Source of the DNA: Candidatus Woesearchaeota archaeon
GTDB taxonomy: Archaea; Nanobdellota; Nanobdellia; Woesearchaeales; WAPY01
Direction of reading: 5' to 3'
Assembly (NCBI GenBank): GCA_049700835.1
Contig: JBNAUL010000001.1
Span: forward strand, 432,043 to 492,456
DNA length: 60,414 nucleotides
How positions within the stretch are numbered: position 1 is the first letter of the stretch; every line of letters starts with the position of its first letter. A program made the translations under genes and the position numbers. The notes beneath the pieces are model-generated. The model was not told the origin of the DNA, did not search any database, and saw nothing but the letters and a program-made list of their open reading frames with translations. Positions 19,882 through 29,976 of this stretch are shown in pieces.

Positions 19882-21075
19882 TTAAAGTTTAAATTTTAGA
19901 AATTCATTATAAAATTCTTTATAACTTTCAAAATTCTTAAAAGTTTCTTTGGAGTTTTTAATTTTATTATTTAGTAATAAATCCTTTACTAAGTTATTGT
20001 AGTTTTCAGCTTCTTCTTCATACCTTTCAACTCCTGTTTTTTTATAAAATTCTGTTGCAGTCTTTATTAAATATTTGCACAATTCAATTAAATCTTTTTC
20101 TTTGTTTTTATTCTTTATCAGTTCTTCAAGCATAGTTCTTTTATGTTGGTATTCAACAAATTGATTATAAATTCCTTTTTCAGCAATTTTCAAAAAATCT
20201 TTAAACCTTAAATTTTCCGTATATATTCGTATATAAACATCGCTTATGTTTGTGTATAGTATGTTTATGTTATCATAATAACTCTCCTGATTTTTTAAAC
20301 CTTTAAAAAATATTCTCTTCAAACAAGGTTTATTTGAAACAAGTTTTTCAAGCTTTTTTATTCCTTTTGAAAATGCTTTAAATAAAAATTTCTCAAAAGC
20401 ATCCAAATCAAATCTTTCTGTGTTTTTAGTATCAAGAAATCTTTTTAATCCTCTTATTATTTCCTTTTCAAAAATTTGATTTTTATTTGTTATGTCATGG
20501 TATAAGATTTTAATTCTGTCTTTTAACAAGTAGGAAAGATAAATCAAATCTTTCATTATCAGATGCAAATTCAGTTGAATACTTTCTTCTTGTTCTAGAT
20601 ATTTTGTGGTATTAAATTGTTGTCGTATCCGCTCCAATTTTTCAGCTATGAGATAAATTTTTTCAATATAATGAAACTTTCTCATAAAGTCATAGTATTT
20701 TTTTAATTTTTTATTTCTATCAAACAGAACTTTAGAGAATAAAAACTCGCTTTTATCATCTTCATAAAAACGATGTCTGGGAATCAACATGTTTTGTATT
20801 AAAATACATTCATAATATTTGGGTGGAGGGGGCATTGGGTAATATCTTATACTAATAATAATACCATCTGCAATAAAATCTTTTCTTGCATTTACCTTAA
20901 AATTTTTAACAAAAACTTTTAAATCTATGTCTGAAGATTCGTGAATCTTTCCATGAACCATAGAACCATACAGAACAACGCCTTCTACATTTTTATCTCT
21001 TTTTAGTATTTTTAATTATTTTGAAATTATTTTTTTGCATTTCTTTAATCTTGATTTTATCTTTTTATTTTTCAT
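19882..21075 (-). pseudogene. Pol-beta-type (minimal) nucleotidyltransferase domain protein interrupted by an in-frame TAA at codon 20
   Basis: ATG 21075 overlaps the upstream stop (ATGA); MKNKKIKSRLKKCKKIISK*LKILKRDKNVEGVVLYGSMVHGKIHESSDIDL; TAA at 21018-21016; the GS..G....SDID motif begins upstream of the track's start at 20961. Confidence 0.75.
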
Positions 21076-22061
21076 TTTCTATCGTTATCAATCTTTAATT
21101 TCAAACCCTCAAACAGCGCTTTGAAATATAATTTTATTAAATAAAGGCTTCCTCTACTGCTTATTCTTGAGTGTTTTTTAAATAACAAACTTAATTTTGA
21201 AATTAAACTTGAGTCTCTATCATACGAAGCCCAATCGCTCCAATTAAAGTTAAAAACAGCGCATATAAAATGTTTTATTAAAGTTTTTATTTTTATGCAA
21301 TGTTTTAATTTTGTTTTCTTTAAAATGATTTTTAGTTTTCTCAAAGCATAAACAATTCCTCTTATTTCGTAATAAAATCTTTCTTCGCAGTTAGTTCTTT
21401 CTTTAAATAGATGAATTGCATGAACATTGCTAAGATGCTTCGCTTTTAATCCATAATAATTGCATCTTATAAAGAAATCAACATCTTCAATTCCTGATTT
21501 GTAGTTCTCATCAAAATAATAATTTAATTTATTAAGCGAAGTTTTCTTTATTAAAAAGCATGTTGAAATTAATGGATATTCTTTTTCATGCTCAAATATA
21601 GGATACATTTTCTTTTTGTTTGGAAAAATTATATTTGGGAACAAAATATCATAATCTTTTGAGTTCTTAATCATCTCTTCAACAACTTTTTTGTTTAACA
21701 CTACATCACTGTCCATAAAGAGCAATAAACTTTCAGAACTTTCTTTTAAGCATCTGTTTCTTACAGCACCAACCCCTAAATGTTTTTTTAGTTTAAAAAT
21801 TTTGAAATTAAGTTTCTTTTTTTTTGTTATTTTTTTGTTTTTTTCAATTAAGTTCTTTAGAATTCTTAAGGAATTGTCTTTGGAATAGTCATCAACAAAT
21901 ATTACCTCTGCATTATTAACTGATTTTATAATTGAATAAAAAGTTCTTTCTATTGTTTCTTGTGAATTATAATTTGATATCATTACAGAAATTTTCTCTT
22001 TATTATTTATTTTTTTATTTATACCTTTATTGACTATTCCTATTTTAAAAAAACCATTCAT
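21072..22061 (-). CDS. GT2 glycosyltransferase
   Basis: ISVMISNYN, FVDDYSKD, FMDSD, FDENY..GIEDVDF. Confidence 0.88.
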   Translation of the reverse strand: MNGFFKIGIVNKGINKKINNKEKISVMISNYNSQETIERTFYSIIKSVNNAEVIFVDDYSKDNSLRILKNLIEKNKKITKKKKLNFKIFKLKKHLGVGAVRNRCLKESSESLLLFMDSDVVLNKKVVEEMIKNSKDYDILFPNIIFPNKKKMYPIFEHEKEYPLISTCFLIKKTSLNKLNYYFDENYKSGIEDVDFFIRCNYYGLKAKHLSNVHAIHLFKERTNCEERFYYEIRGIVYALRKLKIILKKTKLKHCIKIKTLIKHFICAVFNFNWSDWASYDRDSSLISKLSLLFKKHSRISSRGSLYLIKLYFKALFEGLKLKIDNDRK

Positions 22062-22086
22062 AATTTTTAGATTGATTTTAATATTT

Positions 22087-24146
22087 TTAATCTTTTCTTT
22101 TTCTAGCTAAACCTAAAGCGCGAGCTGTTTTATCAAGCATCTTGGCTATCTTATAACCCCTTGAATTTAAAATCTCATTTAACCTTTTTTTCAATTTGTT
22201 AATCTCCTCGTCTTTTTCTTCAATCACCTTCTTAAACTCACGATTAATTCTATTAAACCATTCTTCTTTTGATTTTAATTCTGTTTTTATTTGTTCTAAC
22301 TCATTATTCAAGAAATTGATTTCTTGTCCGAGTTTCTCTTTAAGTACTTGTTTTTCTTTGATTTCCATACCTATTTGTTCTCTTGTTTCTTGTATTTCTT
22401 TTTGTAGTTGTATTCTTTCTTGAGTTCTTTCTATGTCTTGGAGTCTTAGTCTTTCATATACTTGTCTCAGTTCTTCGTTTATTTTCTTTAGTTCTTGGTT
22501 CTTTTCTTGTATTTCTTTTTGNNNNNNNNNNNNNNNNNNNNNNNNNNNNNNNNNNNNNNNNNNNNNNNNNNNNNNNNNNNNNNNNNNNNNNNNNNNNNNN
22601 NNNNNNNNNNNNNNNNNNNNNTCAGTTCTTCGTTTATTTTCTTTAGTTCTTGGTTCTTTTCTTGTATTTCTTTTTGTAGTTGTATTCTTTCTTGAGTTCT
22701 TTCTATGTCTTGGAGTCTTAGTCTTTCATATACTTGTCTCAGTTCTTCGTTTATTTTCTTTAGTTCTTGGTTCTTTTCTTGTATTTCTTTTTGCATCTCA
22801 TTAACAATTTTTTTAGGAGAGTTTCTCTTTAATTCCTCTTTTAAAGCATTCATTTTTTCATTCAAGACCTTGATGGCATTTGCTTGTTCTTTCACAATTT
22901 TTTCTTTATCATCTAATATTTTATAAACATCTAATTTTAATTCTTTTTTTATCTTCACTGGATTCTTGCAAAACTCATCTATTGGCTCAATAACCTTATC
23001 CCAAACTAAGAATTCTTTTACATAACTATCAATGTTTTTTTTCATTGCATCTATTTCATTCTTGTTTTCTAATAAGTATATTATCTTCTCAGCTAACTCC
23101 TTTTCATCTCCTTCACTGATTACATATCCAAGTTTATATTTCTTTATTTCTTCGCTTAAAATATCTCCTTCACTGCAAATAACAGGCATTCTTCCATAAA
23201 AAAAATCAGTAATTCTTGTTCTAAAAGACAAATCATTTTCATAACCTTTCTTGTAAGTGCATATACCAAATTCTGCTTCAAAATAAATTGATTCTCTTTT
23301 ATCATACGGAAGCCATTCTGTGAAGAAAACATTTTTGTTTAATAGGTTAAGTTTTTTAGCAAGTATCTCTGCTCTTTTAAAACCTTTATAAGTTAATGAT
23401 TTGCTTGATCTTTTACTTAAAGCACCAACAAAGACAAGAACAACATCCTTGTATTTTTTGTTAACAATCTTAATTGCTTTTATGGCTGTTTCAGCATCAA
23501 ACCAAGGCATTATTCCAGATGGCCAAATCAAAATACGCTTGTTTTCAGGAACAACATTTCCTTTGAGAACAGGACCTTTGTATTCTGGTTCTTTATTCTG
23601 AACACCAAATGGAACAATCTTTATCATATCTTGCTTGTATGTTTTTGGATTTATTATGCCTAAAGATGTTAGAATTCCTAAATAATAGTATCTCTGCCTT
23701 TCAGAAGCAACAAGATAGAGATCTCCGTATTTTAAGATTCTTGCATCAGGAATAAATCTGTCTCTTATGAATGCGTTCATCAAGTGCGGAGTTATTTTAC
23801 TGAAATTCATTGAAAAAAAAACTGATTGTTCTATCAACAGAGGAGTATAAACATCAACGATTAAAGGTATCTTGCTTGCAGAATCAAGGAACGATGGTTC
23901 CGAATCCCAGATTTGACAATAAGCTACATCAAAGTTTTTAGTTAAACTGTTTAACAGCTTGGAGTTTCTAGGTATGAATTTTATTCCTTCTATTATTTCC
24001 TCATTTTTTCTTTCTGGTTCTGCTATTACAACTTCGTGTCCTTTTTTCTTTAAGGCATTGGCTATTTCAAAAATCCTTATTGTAGGTCCAAAAACAATTC
24101 CACCAACAAAAACTTTGGTGTAAGCAAATAAAACAACCTTCGACAT
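22087..24146 (-). CDS. GT-B (GT4-like) glycosyltransferase with long C-terminal coiled coil; spans the assembly gap (track ORFs 22488..24146 and 22087..22368 are one gene)
   Basis: GPTIRIFEIANAL, IVDVYTP, SGIMPWFD, SFRTRITDF; the repeat unit continues left of the gap in frame into ...IQLQKEIQETREQIGMEIKEK... Confidence 0.85.
22387..22793. repeat. Perfect 117-bp coding tandem repeat (39 aa), at least 2 copies, true copy number hidden by the N gap
   Basis: TCAGTTCTTCGTTTATTTTC recurs at 22467, 22622 and 22739 (22739-22622=117); unit KEIQEKNQELKKINEELRQVYERLRLQDIERTQERIQLQ. Confidence 0.92.
22522..22621. other. Assembly gap (100 N)
   Basis: Run of N flanked on both sides by the same repeat sequence. 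Confidence 0.99.
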
Positions 24147-24201
24147 TTTACTATGATAAAGTAGTTTTTTGTTTAAAAATCTTTTGTTTAAGAAATTATG
24201 C

Positions 24202-24773
24202 CTAAAAATCTTTTAAGTTTTTGACAGTTTCAAAATCAAGCATGTTTCTCTTTATTGTTTTTAGGTTCTCTCCTAACAAAGGGGTTTGTCCTTCGCAGTA
24301 CATGCAGTTAAGATTACAAATGTTGGATAAACTCAAAACAACATCCTTTGGGCCTATTAAAGGGACTTCAAATAAAAATCCTAATACCCTTAATATTTCT
24401 TTTTCTGAAAGTCCTTTATCAAGAGCATCTTCTGCTTTCTCAAGAATTTCTAAAATTTTTTTATCATAAATTTCAGCAAAGACTCCTTTTTCATTATACT
24501 TTTTATTAGTGTTTTCAATGTGTTTTTTTAATCTTTCAGAGCAACCTTTTATTGGGATGAAACTGAATTCTTCAAAATCAGAAATTCCTATTTTTTTATA
24601 TTTAAAGCATAAGCCAAAAGTTTATTTAAGAGAGCAATATTTTTTATTGTTAGGAGTATCTTAATTTTGTTGTTTTTTATTTCTAACTCATTTAAAAAAT
24701 TTTCATTATCTAAAATCTTCTCTTTCTTTTTATTTTTATAAAATAATCCTATTATTCTGTTTAAAACCCGCAT
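24202..24773 (-). pseudogene. Frameshifted, truncated radical SAM paralog
   Basis: ATG 24773 frame stops after an A7 run (24597-24591); the shifted frame reads ...VLGFLFEVPLIGPKDVVLSLSNICNLNCMYCEGQTPLLGE...LDFETVKNLKDF* (CxxxCxxC at 24318-24295). Confidence 0.85.
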
Positions 24774-24800
24774 TTTAGTTGCATCTTATTTAAGTTATTT

Positions 24801-25682
24801 TTATTGTTTTTTTAGCAACCATCTTAAATCAAAGTAAAAGTTTGTTGGCAGTACCAAAATATCAATTATTGCTAGTTTAAAATCAAAATCAAGCAAATCA
24901 TTGAAAAAATATTTTAGGGTAATATAAAAATTGAACACACATCTTTTTATTATTGCGTAAAGATTTTTTGGTTCATTACCGTAAAAACCCCAAGCCCAAT
25001 TTGTTTTCAAGACGCTAAAAACACTGTCTTTTTTTATATGATAAACTATCGCATTTGGTTCATAGATTAATTTGTAACCTTTTTTAAGCAATCTCTTTGA
25101 AATATCAACATCCTCATAATTTGACTTGTAGTTTTCATTATAAAATCCTATTTTTTCCAAATCTTTTTTGTAAAAAATATTGTTGGCTCCTGAAATAAAT
25201 TTTGGATTTATTATTTTTTTATTGCCAAAATCCTGTCTTAAGTGTTTTGCCCTCCATCTATCTCCTAAGCTAATATTTTTTAATCTTTCAAGCTCTATAA
25301 CTTTTCCCCCAACCCCAGAAGCATTCTCATTCGCTAAAGTTTCATACAGAATTCTTAACCATTTTTTTTCAGGAATACAATCAGCATCAATCGAAGCAAT
25401 TATTTTTGATTTTGAACTTTTTATTGCAATATTCCTTGCGCTTGCCAGTCCAAAAGTTTTTTGATTTATTATCCTAATCTTTTTTTTAATCTCCTTGCTT
25501 ATAGAATCAATTATTCTTTTAATATTTTCCTTTTCTTCTTTGCTAGAGCAATCAACTATTAGGATTTCCTTTATAATCTCTTTTTTTTCTAAAAACTTGA
25601 AACTATTAAGAACTTCTCTTAAATAAATGCTTGAGTTTTTTGTCGGGATGTAAACAGCAATTTTATTATTATCATCATTCAT
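24801..25682 (-). CDS. GT2 glycosyltransferase
   Basis: AVYIPTKN, GLASARN, IDADC, GVGG, GANN, NYEDVDIS. Confidence 0.9.
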   Translation of the reverse strand: MNDDNNKIAVYIPTKNSSIYLREVLNSFKFLEKKEIIKEILIVDCSSKEEKENIKRIIDSISKEIKKKIRIINQKTFGLASARNIAIKSSKSKIIASIDADCIPEKKWLRILYETLANENASGVGGKVIELERLKNISLGDRWRAKHLRQDFGNKKIINPKFISGANNIFYKKDLEKIGFYNENYKSNYEDVDISKRLLKKGYKLIYEPNAIVYHIKKDSVFSVLKTNWAWGFYGNEPKNLYAIIKRCVFNFYITLKYFFNDLLDFDFKLAIIDILVLPTNFYFDLRWLLKKQ

Positions 25683-27096
25683 TTTTTACCTTGTTACTCG
25701 TTATTAATGTTTTTTGCTTTTTTCTTTTTTTAAGCGTAATCTTTCTAATAAAACGATCAACTTTCATACCGATTCTATAACCTCTAGAATTTATTATCTC
25801 ATTAATTCTGTTGTTTAATAATGCTAATTGATGATTTTTCTGATCAATCTCTCCTCTTAAATTACTTAGTTCTTTGTGTAACTCATTTAATTTTTCATAT
25901 AAACTTTTGTTTTCCTTTGATAATTCAATAACCATTTCTTTTTCATCTTTTATTTTTTTTATTTCATTTTTCATAATTCTCAACCTTTCTATTGTTTCAA
26001 TATTATTTATGATATTATCACATGATCTTTCGCAATTTATTAGTTTAAAGTATGGATTGTTTTTCTTTAGTTTTTGAGCTTTTATTCTGAACTCCTGATG
26101 CTTTTTTGAAAACCAAATTTCTTTGAAATTGTTCTTATATAAATTTCCCGTAGGAAACAAATACGCCTTGCAGCAAGGTATTACATTGCCGTTAGCCATT
26201 ATTCTTGCATAGGTCCAGCCAATGTTGCATGGAATTTTATCTACTAATTTCTTATTGTTTTCTACAACATTAAATCCTGGCTTCAATCTTTGCATGAAGA
26301 TATCAAGATTCCATATTTCTAAACCATGTTTTTCCAAATCATCTTTCATCCTTTTTATTTTCTTGCATTCATTTAACAGCCAAACCCTGTCTTTTGTTCT
26401 TAATCTAAGAAACTCAGTTACTTTTGGAATAACATCTACTATCGTGAATTCTATTGAACTTGCTTTGACTTCTCTTGCAAAATCAATCATGTTCCAAATA
26501 TCCTTGTAGTTCTCTCTTGAAATTACATTGTAAACATTTAGTCCAATCCTGCTTTTTGTTGAGAGGTAACTCAGCATACTCTTTAAATGGTAAAATGTTC
26601 TTTCCTCTGTTCCAGGGTGAGTTTTTACATAAACATTAGGACTTCCTGCCCAAACGCTAACTGTGAAATGATTTACTCCTAAATTGATTAATTTATCAAT
26701 TTTTTCTTCATTCAGTAACACAAAGTTAGTATTGATATTTAGATGAAATTTTTTGGATTTTATAAGCTCAACTATTTCCATAAATTTAGGATGAACAGTT
26801 GGCTCTCCTCCTCCTGAAAGATTTATTCTCTTTGTTCCTAATTCTTCTAAATCATTTATTAACTTTTTTACTATTTCAAAATCTAACTCTTTTTTAATTT
26901 CTCTTTTTAATCTTTTATCTTTTATCATATATGGAGAATGAATCCAACAAGCATTGCAGTTAAGATTACACTTATTAGTTAAATCAATAGAAGCAAGTTC
27001 TGGACCTCCGAATGCAAACTTTTGGCTCTTAACTCCAAATAAGTCTAAATTATTGCAAAGCCCTTCGTAGTGCGGAAAGTGTTTTTTTTGTTTCAT
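25675..27096 (-). CDS. Radical SAM protein with SPASM/Twitch-like domain and C-terminal coiled coil
   Basis: CNLNCNAC, GGGEP, PCNIGW...GNVIPCC...CERSCDN, then heptad coil ending INSRGYRI. Confidence 0.92.
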   Translation of the reverse strand: MKQKKHFPHYEGLCNNLDLFGVKSQKFAFGGPELASIDLTNKCNLNCNACWIHSPYMIKDKRLKREIKKELDFEIVKKLINDLEELGTKRINLSGGGEPTVHPKFMEIVELIKSKKFHLNINTNFVLLNEEKIDKLINLGVNHFTVSVWAGSPNVYVKTHPGTEERTFYHLKSMLSYLSTKSRIGLNVYNVISRENYKDIWNMIDFAREVKASSIEFTIVDVIPKVTEFLRLRTKDRVWLLNECKKIKRMKDDLEKHGLEIWNLDIFMQRLKPGFNVVENNKKLVDKIPCNIGWTYARIMANGNVIPCCKAYLFPTGNLYKNNFKEIWFSKKHQEFRIKAQKLKKNNPYFKLINCERSCDNIINNIETIERLRIMKNEIKKIKDEKEMVIELSKENKSLYEKLNELHKELSNLRGEIDQKNHQLALLNNRINEIINSRGYRIGMKVDRFIRKITLKKRKKQKTLITSNKVKNE

Positions 27097-27127
27097 TTTT
27101 ATTTTTATTTAGTGCTCTTTTATTTTT

Positions 27128-28621
27128 TTATTTTTTGGTTAAAATATTCTCATAAATGTGCAAAATAATTAATTCCTTAAAACTTAAACTTTTAAATTTA
27201 TTATGCATTATCAAATTGTCTTCATAGTTATCGCAGCTCTTTTCACAAGGAATATTAAATTTCTTGAATTCTTGAGAATCTTTTTTCAGAGTAAGTGCTT
27301 TGTTTCTAAAATCAGAATACTTTTCCGAAAACCACAATTTTTTTAAAGAGTTATTGTTAACATAGTATCTTTCCCCTATTGGTTTGAAGTGAGATTTCAA
27401 ACAAGTTGTTACCTCTCCTTCTGGAAGCACTCTTAAATAAGTCCATCCAACATAGCAAGGTATAGAGTTTACAAGATTGAAATCATATATTCCTTTTTTA
27501 GCAGAATCTTCGGATATTCTCCTCATAAAATTAGAGAATTGCCTTTTAATGTTTTCTTCATGATCAGGAATGTCTTTGTTCTTTTCAATCATTACATTAA
27601 TCTTTTTAAGAATATCTTTTTCCTTTTTTATTATGAATTCCATTTCTTTTTTTCCTAATGCTAAGTGTTCTGTTGCTCCATCAACAATATCAACAGGAAC
27701 TAAGAAACAATATTCAGCACCAACCTCAAGCGCAAACTCGAACATTTCCTCAACTTCTGCGTAATTGTATTTAAAGATTACATTGTATAAGCTTATTTGA
27801 GGCAGTTTGGTATTATTTTCATACTTGAGTTTTTTTAAGAGTTTAAGATTATTTTTTATTCTTGAGAAAGTTTCTTTGTTTTGACCAGGATGAGTTTTTA
27901 AGTATGTTTTTGGATTAGAAGCCCACAAACTAACTAAGAGATAATCAATTTTCAAATCAACAAGTTCTTTAATTTTATCACCATTCAAAAGAGTGAAGTT
28001 AGTATTTATTCCGCAAACCATTCCTTTATCTTTTATTATTCTTAAAATATCCATTATTTTTGGATGCATGAATGGTTCTCCTCCACCTGATAGATAAATA
28101 TTCTTGCACCCAATTTCAGCTAGTTCTTCAATAACCTTCTTTGCTGTTTCAAAATCCATCTCTAAATTATTCCATCTTTCTTTTTCAGGAGTAATCTTTA
28201 GAAAAGGACTTTTATCCCAACAAGCAACGCATCTATTGTTACATCTGTTCGTTAAATAAATCTCAGCCCTATTTGGACCATTAAAAGCAATTCTTCCATT
28301 TAGAATTCCTATTAAATCAAAGTTCTCGTAAATTAGTTTCTTTAATAAATCTTGATTTTTGAGAGAAGCATAAATTTTCTCACAATTCTTGATTTTTATT
28401 TTCTTTTTTATTTTTTCATCATTTAAACTTGGCACCAACCTTCTTTTTTTACCTTCAATTTCAACCAAAACTTCCTCTCTTCTTATGTTATTATTTTTCT
28501 CTTCAAATTCCAATTTTTTTGATACATTATTTAAATCTTTAAAGTTTTTTATTACCAATTCGTCCTTATTATTCTTGACAAATCCAAAAACTGCTCTTAA
28601 AAAATTATTATTGTTTTTCAT
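27128..28621 (-). CDS. Radical SAM protein with SPASM/Twitch-like domain
   Basis: CNNRCVAC, GGGEP, PCYVGW...GEVTTC...CEKSCDN. Confidence 0.92.
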   Translation of the reverse strand: MKNNNNFLRAVFGFVKNNKDELVIKNFKDLNNVSKKLEFEEKNNNIRREEVLVEIEGKKRRLVPSLNDEKIKKKIKIKNCEKIYASLKNQDLLKKLIYENFDLIGILNGRIAFNGPNRAEIYLTNRCNNRCVACWDKSPFLKITPEKERWNNLEMDFETAKKVIEELAEIGCKNIYLSGGGEPFMHPKIMDILRIIKDKGMVCGINTNFTLLNGDKIKELVDLKIDYLLVSLWASNPKTYLKTHPGQNKETFSRIKNNLKLLKKLKYENNTKLPQISLYNVIFKYNYAEVEEMFEFALEVGAEYCFLVPVDIVDGATEHLALGKKEMEFIIKKEKDILKKINVMIEKNKDIPDHEENIKRQFSNFMRRISEDSAKKGIYDFNLVNSIPCYVGWTYLRVLPEGEVTTCLKSHFKPIGERYYVNNNSLKKLWFSEKYSDFRNKALTLKKDSQEFKKFNIPCEKSCDNYEDNLIMHNKFKSLSFKELIILHIYENILTKK

Positions 28622-28652
28622 TTTTATTTTATTTATTTATCTTAACTTTGTT

Positions 28653-29921
28653 TTATTTTAACTTTGGAATTTTTATATTGTTCTCAACAAGTTTTCTTTG
28701 AATAAGTTCATTCTGCCACAAATTATCACATATTTTTAAACACCCGTAAGCAGGATCATTTCCAATTTTCTTAAAATAAGAATGCTTTTTTTTATAAGTA
28801 ACGCACATCTTTCTAAATGTTTGATATTTTTTTGAGTTCCATATTTTCTTAAAGCTTTTTTTGTATATATTACCAATTGGCATTCTATGGGCTTTTAAGC
28901 ATGGAACTACAGAACCATCAGCCATTATCCTTGCAAAAACCCAACCAACATAACAAGGAAGCTCTTTAACAACAATCTCATCATAAACTCCTTTGCTGAT
29001 ATCGCTTTGTTCTAATCTTCTGACAAAGTTTTTAGTGAAATCAGTAATCTTCACTTCTCTTCCTTTATCATCTCTATAAACATCTTCTGAGCCGTCAATT
29101 CCTACAATGTTTTTCTTTATTTTATTAACAATTTCTTTTAATTCATTCTTTTGTTCTTCATTGATTAACAGAAACTCTGTTTTTTTTGGTATCGGCTCTA
29201 AGAAAACGAATTGGACTTTGTCAGCATGAACATTTAAAGCAAAGTCAATCATTTGTTCTATTTCTTTATAGTTCATATTAAATATTACATTGTAAATTCT
29301 TATTATTGGAAAATTTGTTTTCTGTTTTTTCTTTTCATGATAAAATCTTTCAAGATTTTTTTTTATATTAATAAAATCTTTTTCTGTTCTTGCAGTATGA
29401 GTTTTGACATATGTTTTTGGATTAGAAGCCCACAAACTAACATCTATTAATCTGACTCCTGCTTTAACAATCTTTTCTACTTTTTTTTTATCTATCTCTA
29501 AAAGATTGGTATTTATCCAACATTCAATTCTTTTGTTGCTTATGTAATCTACTATTTCCATGAAATTTGGATGCAGGGTTGGTTCTCCGCCACCAATTAA
29601 CTTTATCCTCTTTGTGCCTAACTCTGCAAGCTCATCAATTGTTCTCTTCAAAACACTAAAAGAAAGGGTTTGTTTTTGAACTTCAGGAGGCATTCTAAGT
29701 TCTCCTAAATAAGGAGAGTTGCACCAGCATCCAATGCAATTGTTGTTGCACATGTTTGTTAAATCAATATGAACTTCTTCAGGACCTATGAATGCTTTTT
29801 TCTTTGAAAGAACGCCTTTAAGAACTAAGTCATAATAGTTTAATGAATTGTTTTTTGAATTTTTGTTTTTAACGAATTTAGCATTCTTTTTTCCAAACAA
29901 TGCTTTAAATAGTTCTTTCAT
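28653..29921 (-). CDS. Radical SAM protein with SPASM/Twitch-like domain
   Basis: CNNNCIGC, GGGEP, PCYVGW...GSVVPC...CLKICDN. Confidence 0.92.
   Translation of the reverse strand: MKELFKALFGKKNAKFVKNKNSKNNSLNYYDLVLKGVLSKKKAFIGPEEVHIDLTNMCNNNCIGCWCNSPYLGELRMPPEVQKQTLSFSVLKRTIDELAELGTKRIKLIGGGEPTLHPNFMEIVDYISNKRIECWINTNLLEIDKKKVEKIVKAGVRLIDVSLWASNPKTYVKTHTARTEKDFINIKKNLERFYHEKKKQKTNFPIIRIYNVIFNMNYKEIEQMIDFALNVHADKVQFVFLEPIPKKTEFLLINEEQKNELKEIVNKIKKNIVGIDGSEDVYRDDKGREVKITDFTKNFVRRLEQSDISKGVYDEIVVKELPCYVGWVFARIMADGSVVPCLKAHRMPIGNIYKKSFKKIWNSKKYQTFRKMCVTYKKKHSYFKKIGNDPAYGCLKICDNLWQNELIQRKLVENNIKIPKLK
28825..28975. repeat. 151-bp exact dispersed repeat, copy 1
   Basis: Base-by-base identical to 40323-40473; inner 109 bp (28852-28960) identical to 39085-39193. 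Confidence 0.9.
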
Positions 29922-29976
29922 TCTCTATTTTTCCTTCTTTTTATTTTGCTTTTGTCTTTGACTTTATTTTATTTAT

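Noticed and set aside
21016..21018. Stop-codon recoding
   Set aside because: TAA is the ordinary terminator of many genes here; a single case is better explained by mutation or sequencing error
22087..22368. Separate 93-aa coiled-coil gene
   Set aside because: Its frame is open upstream into the repeat; the split arises from the arbitrary 100-N gap length
22387..22793. CRISPR array
   Set aside because: 117-bp contiguous coding units with no unique spacers; no cas genes in the window
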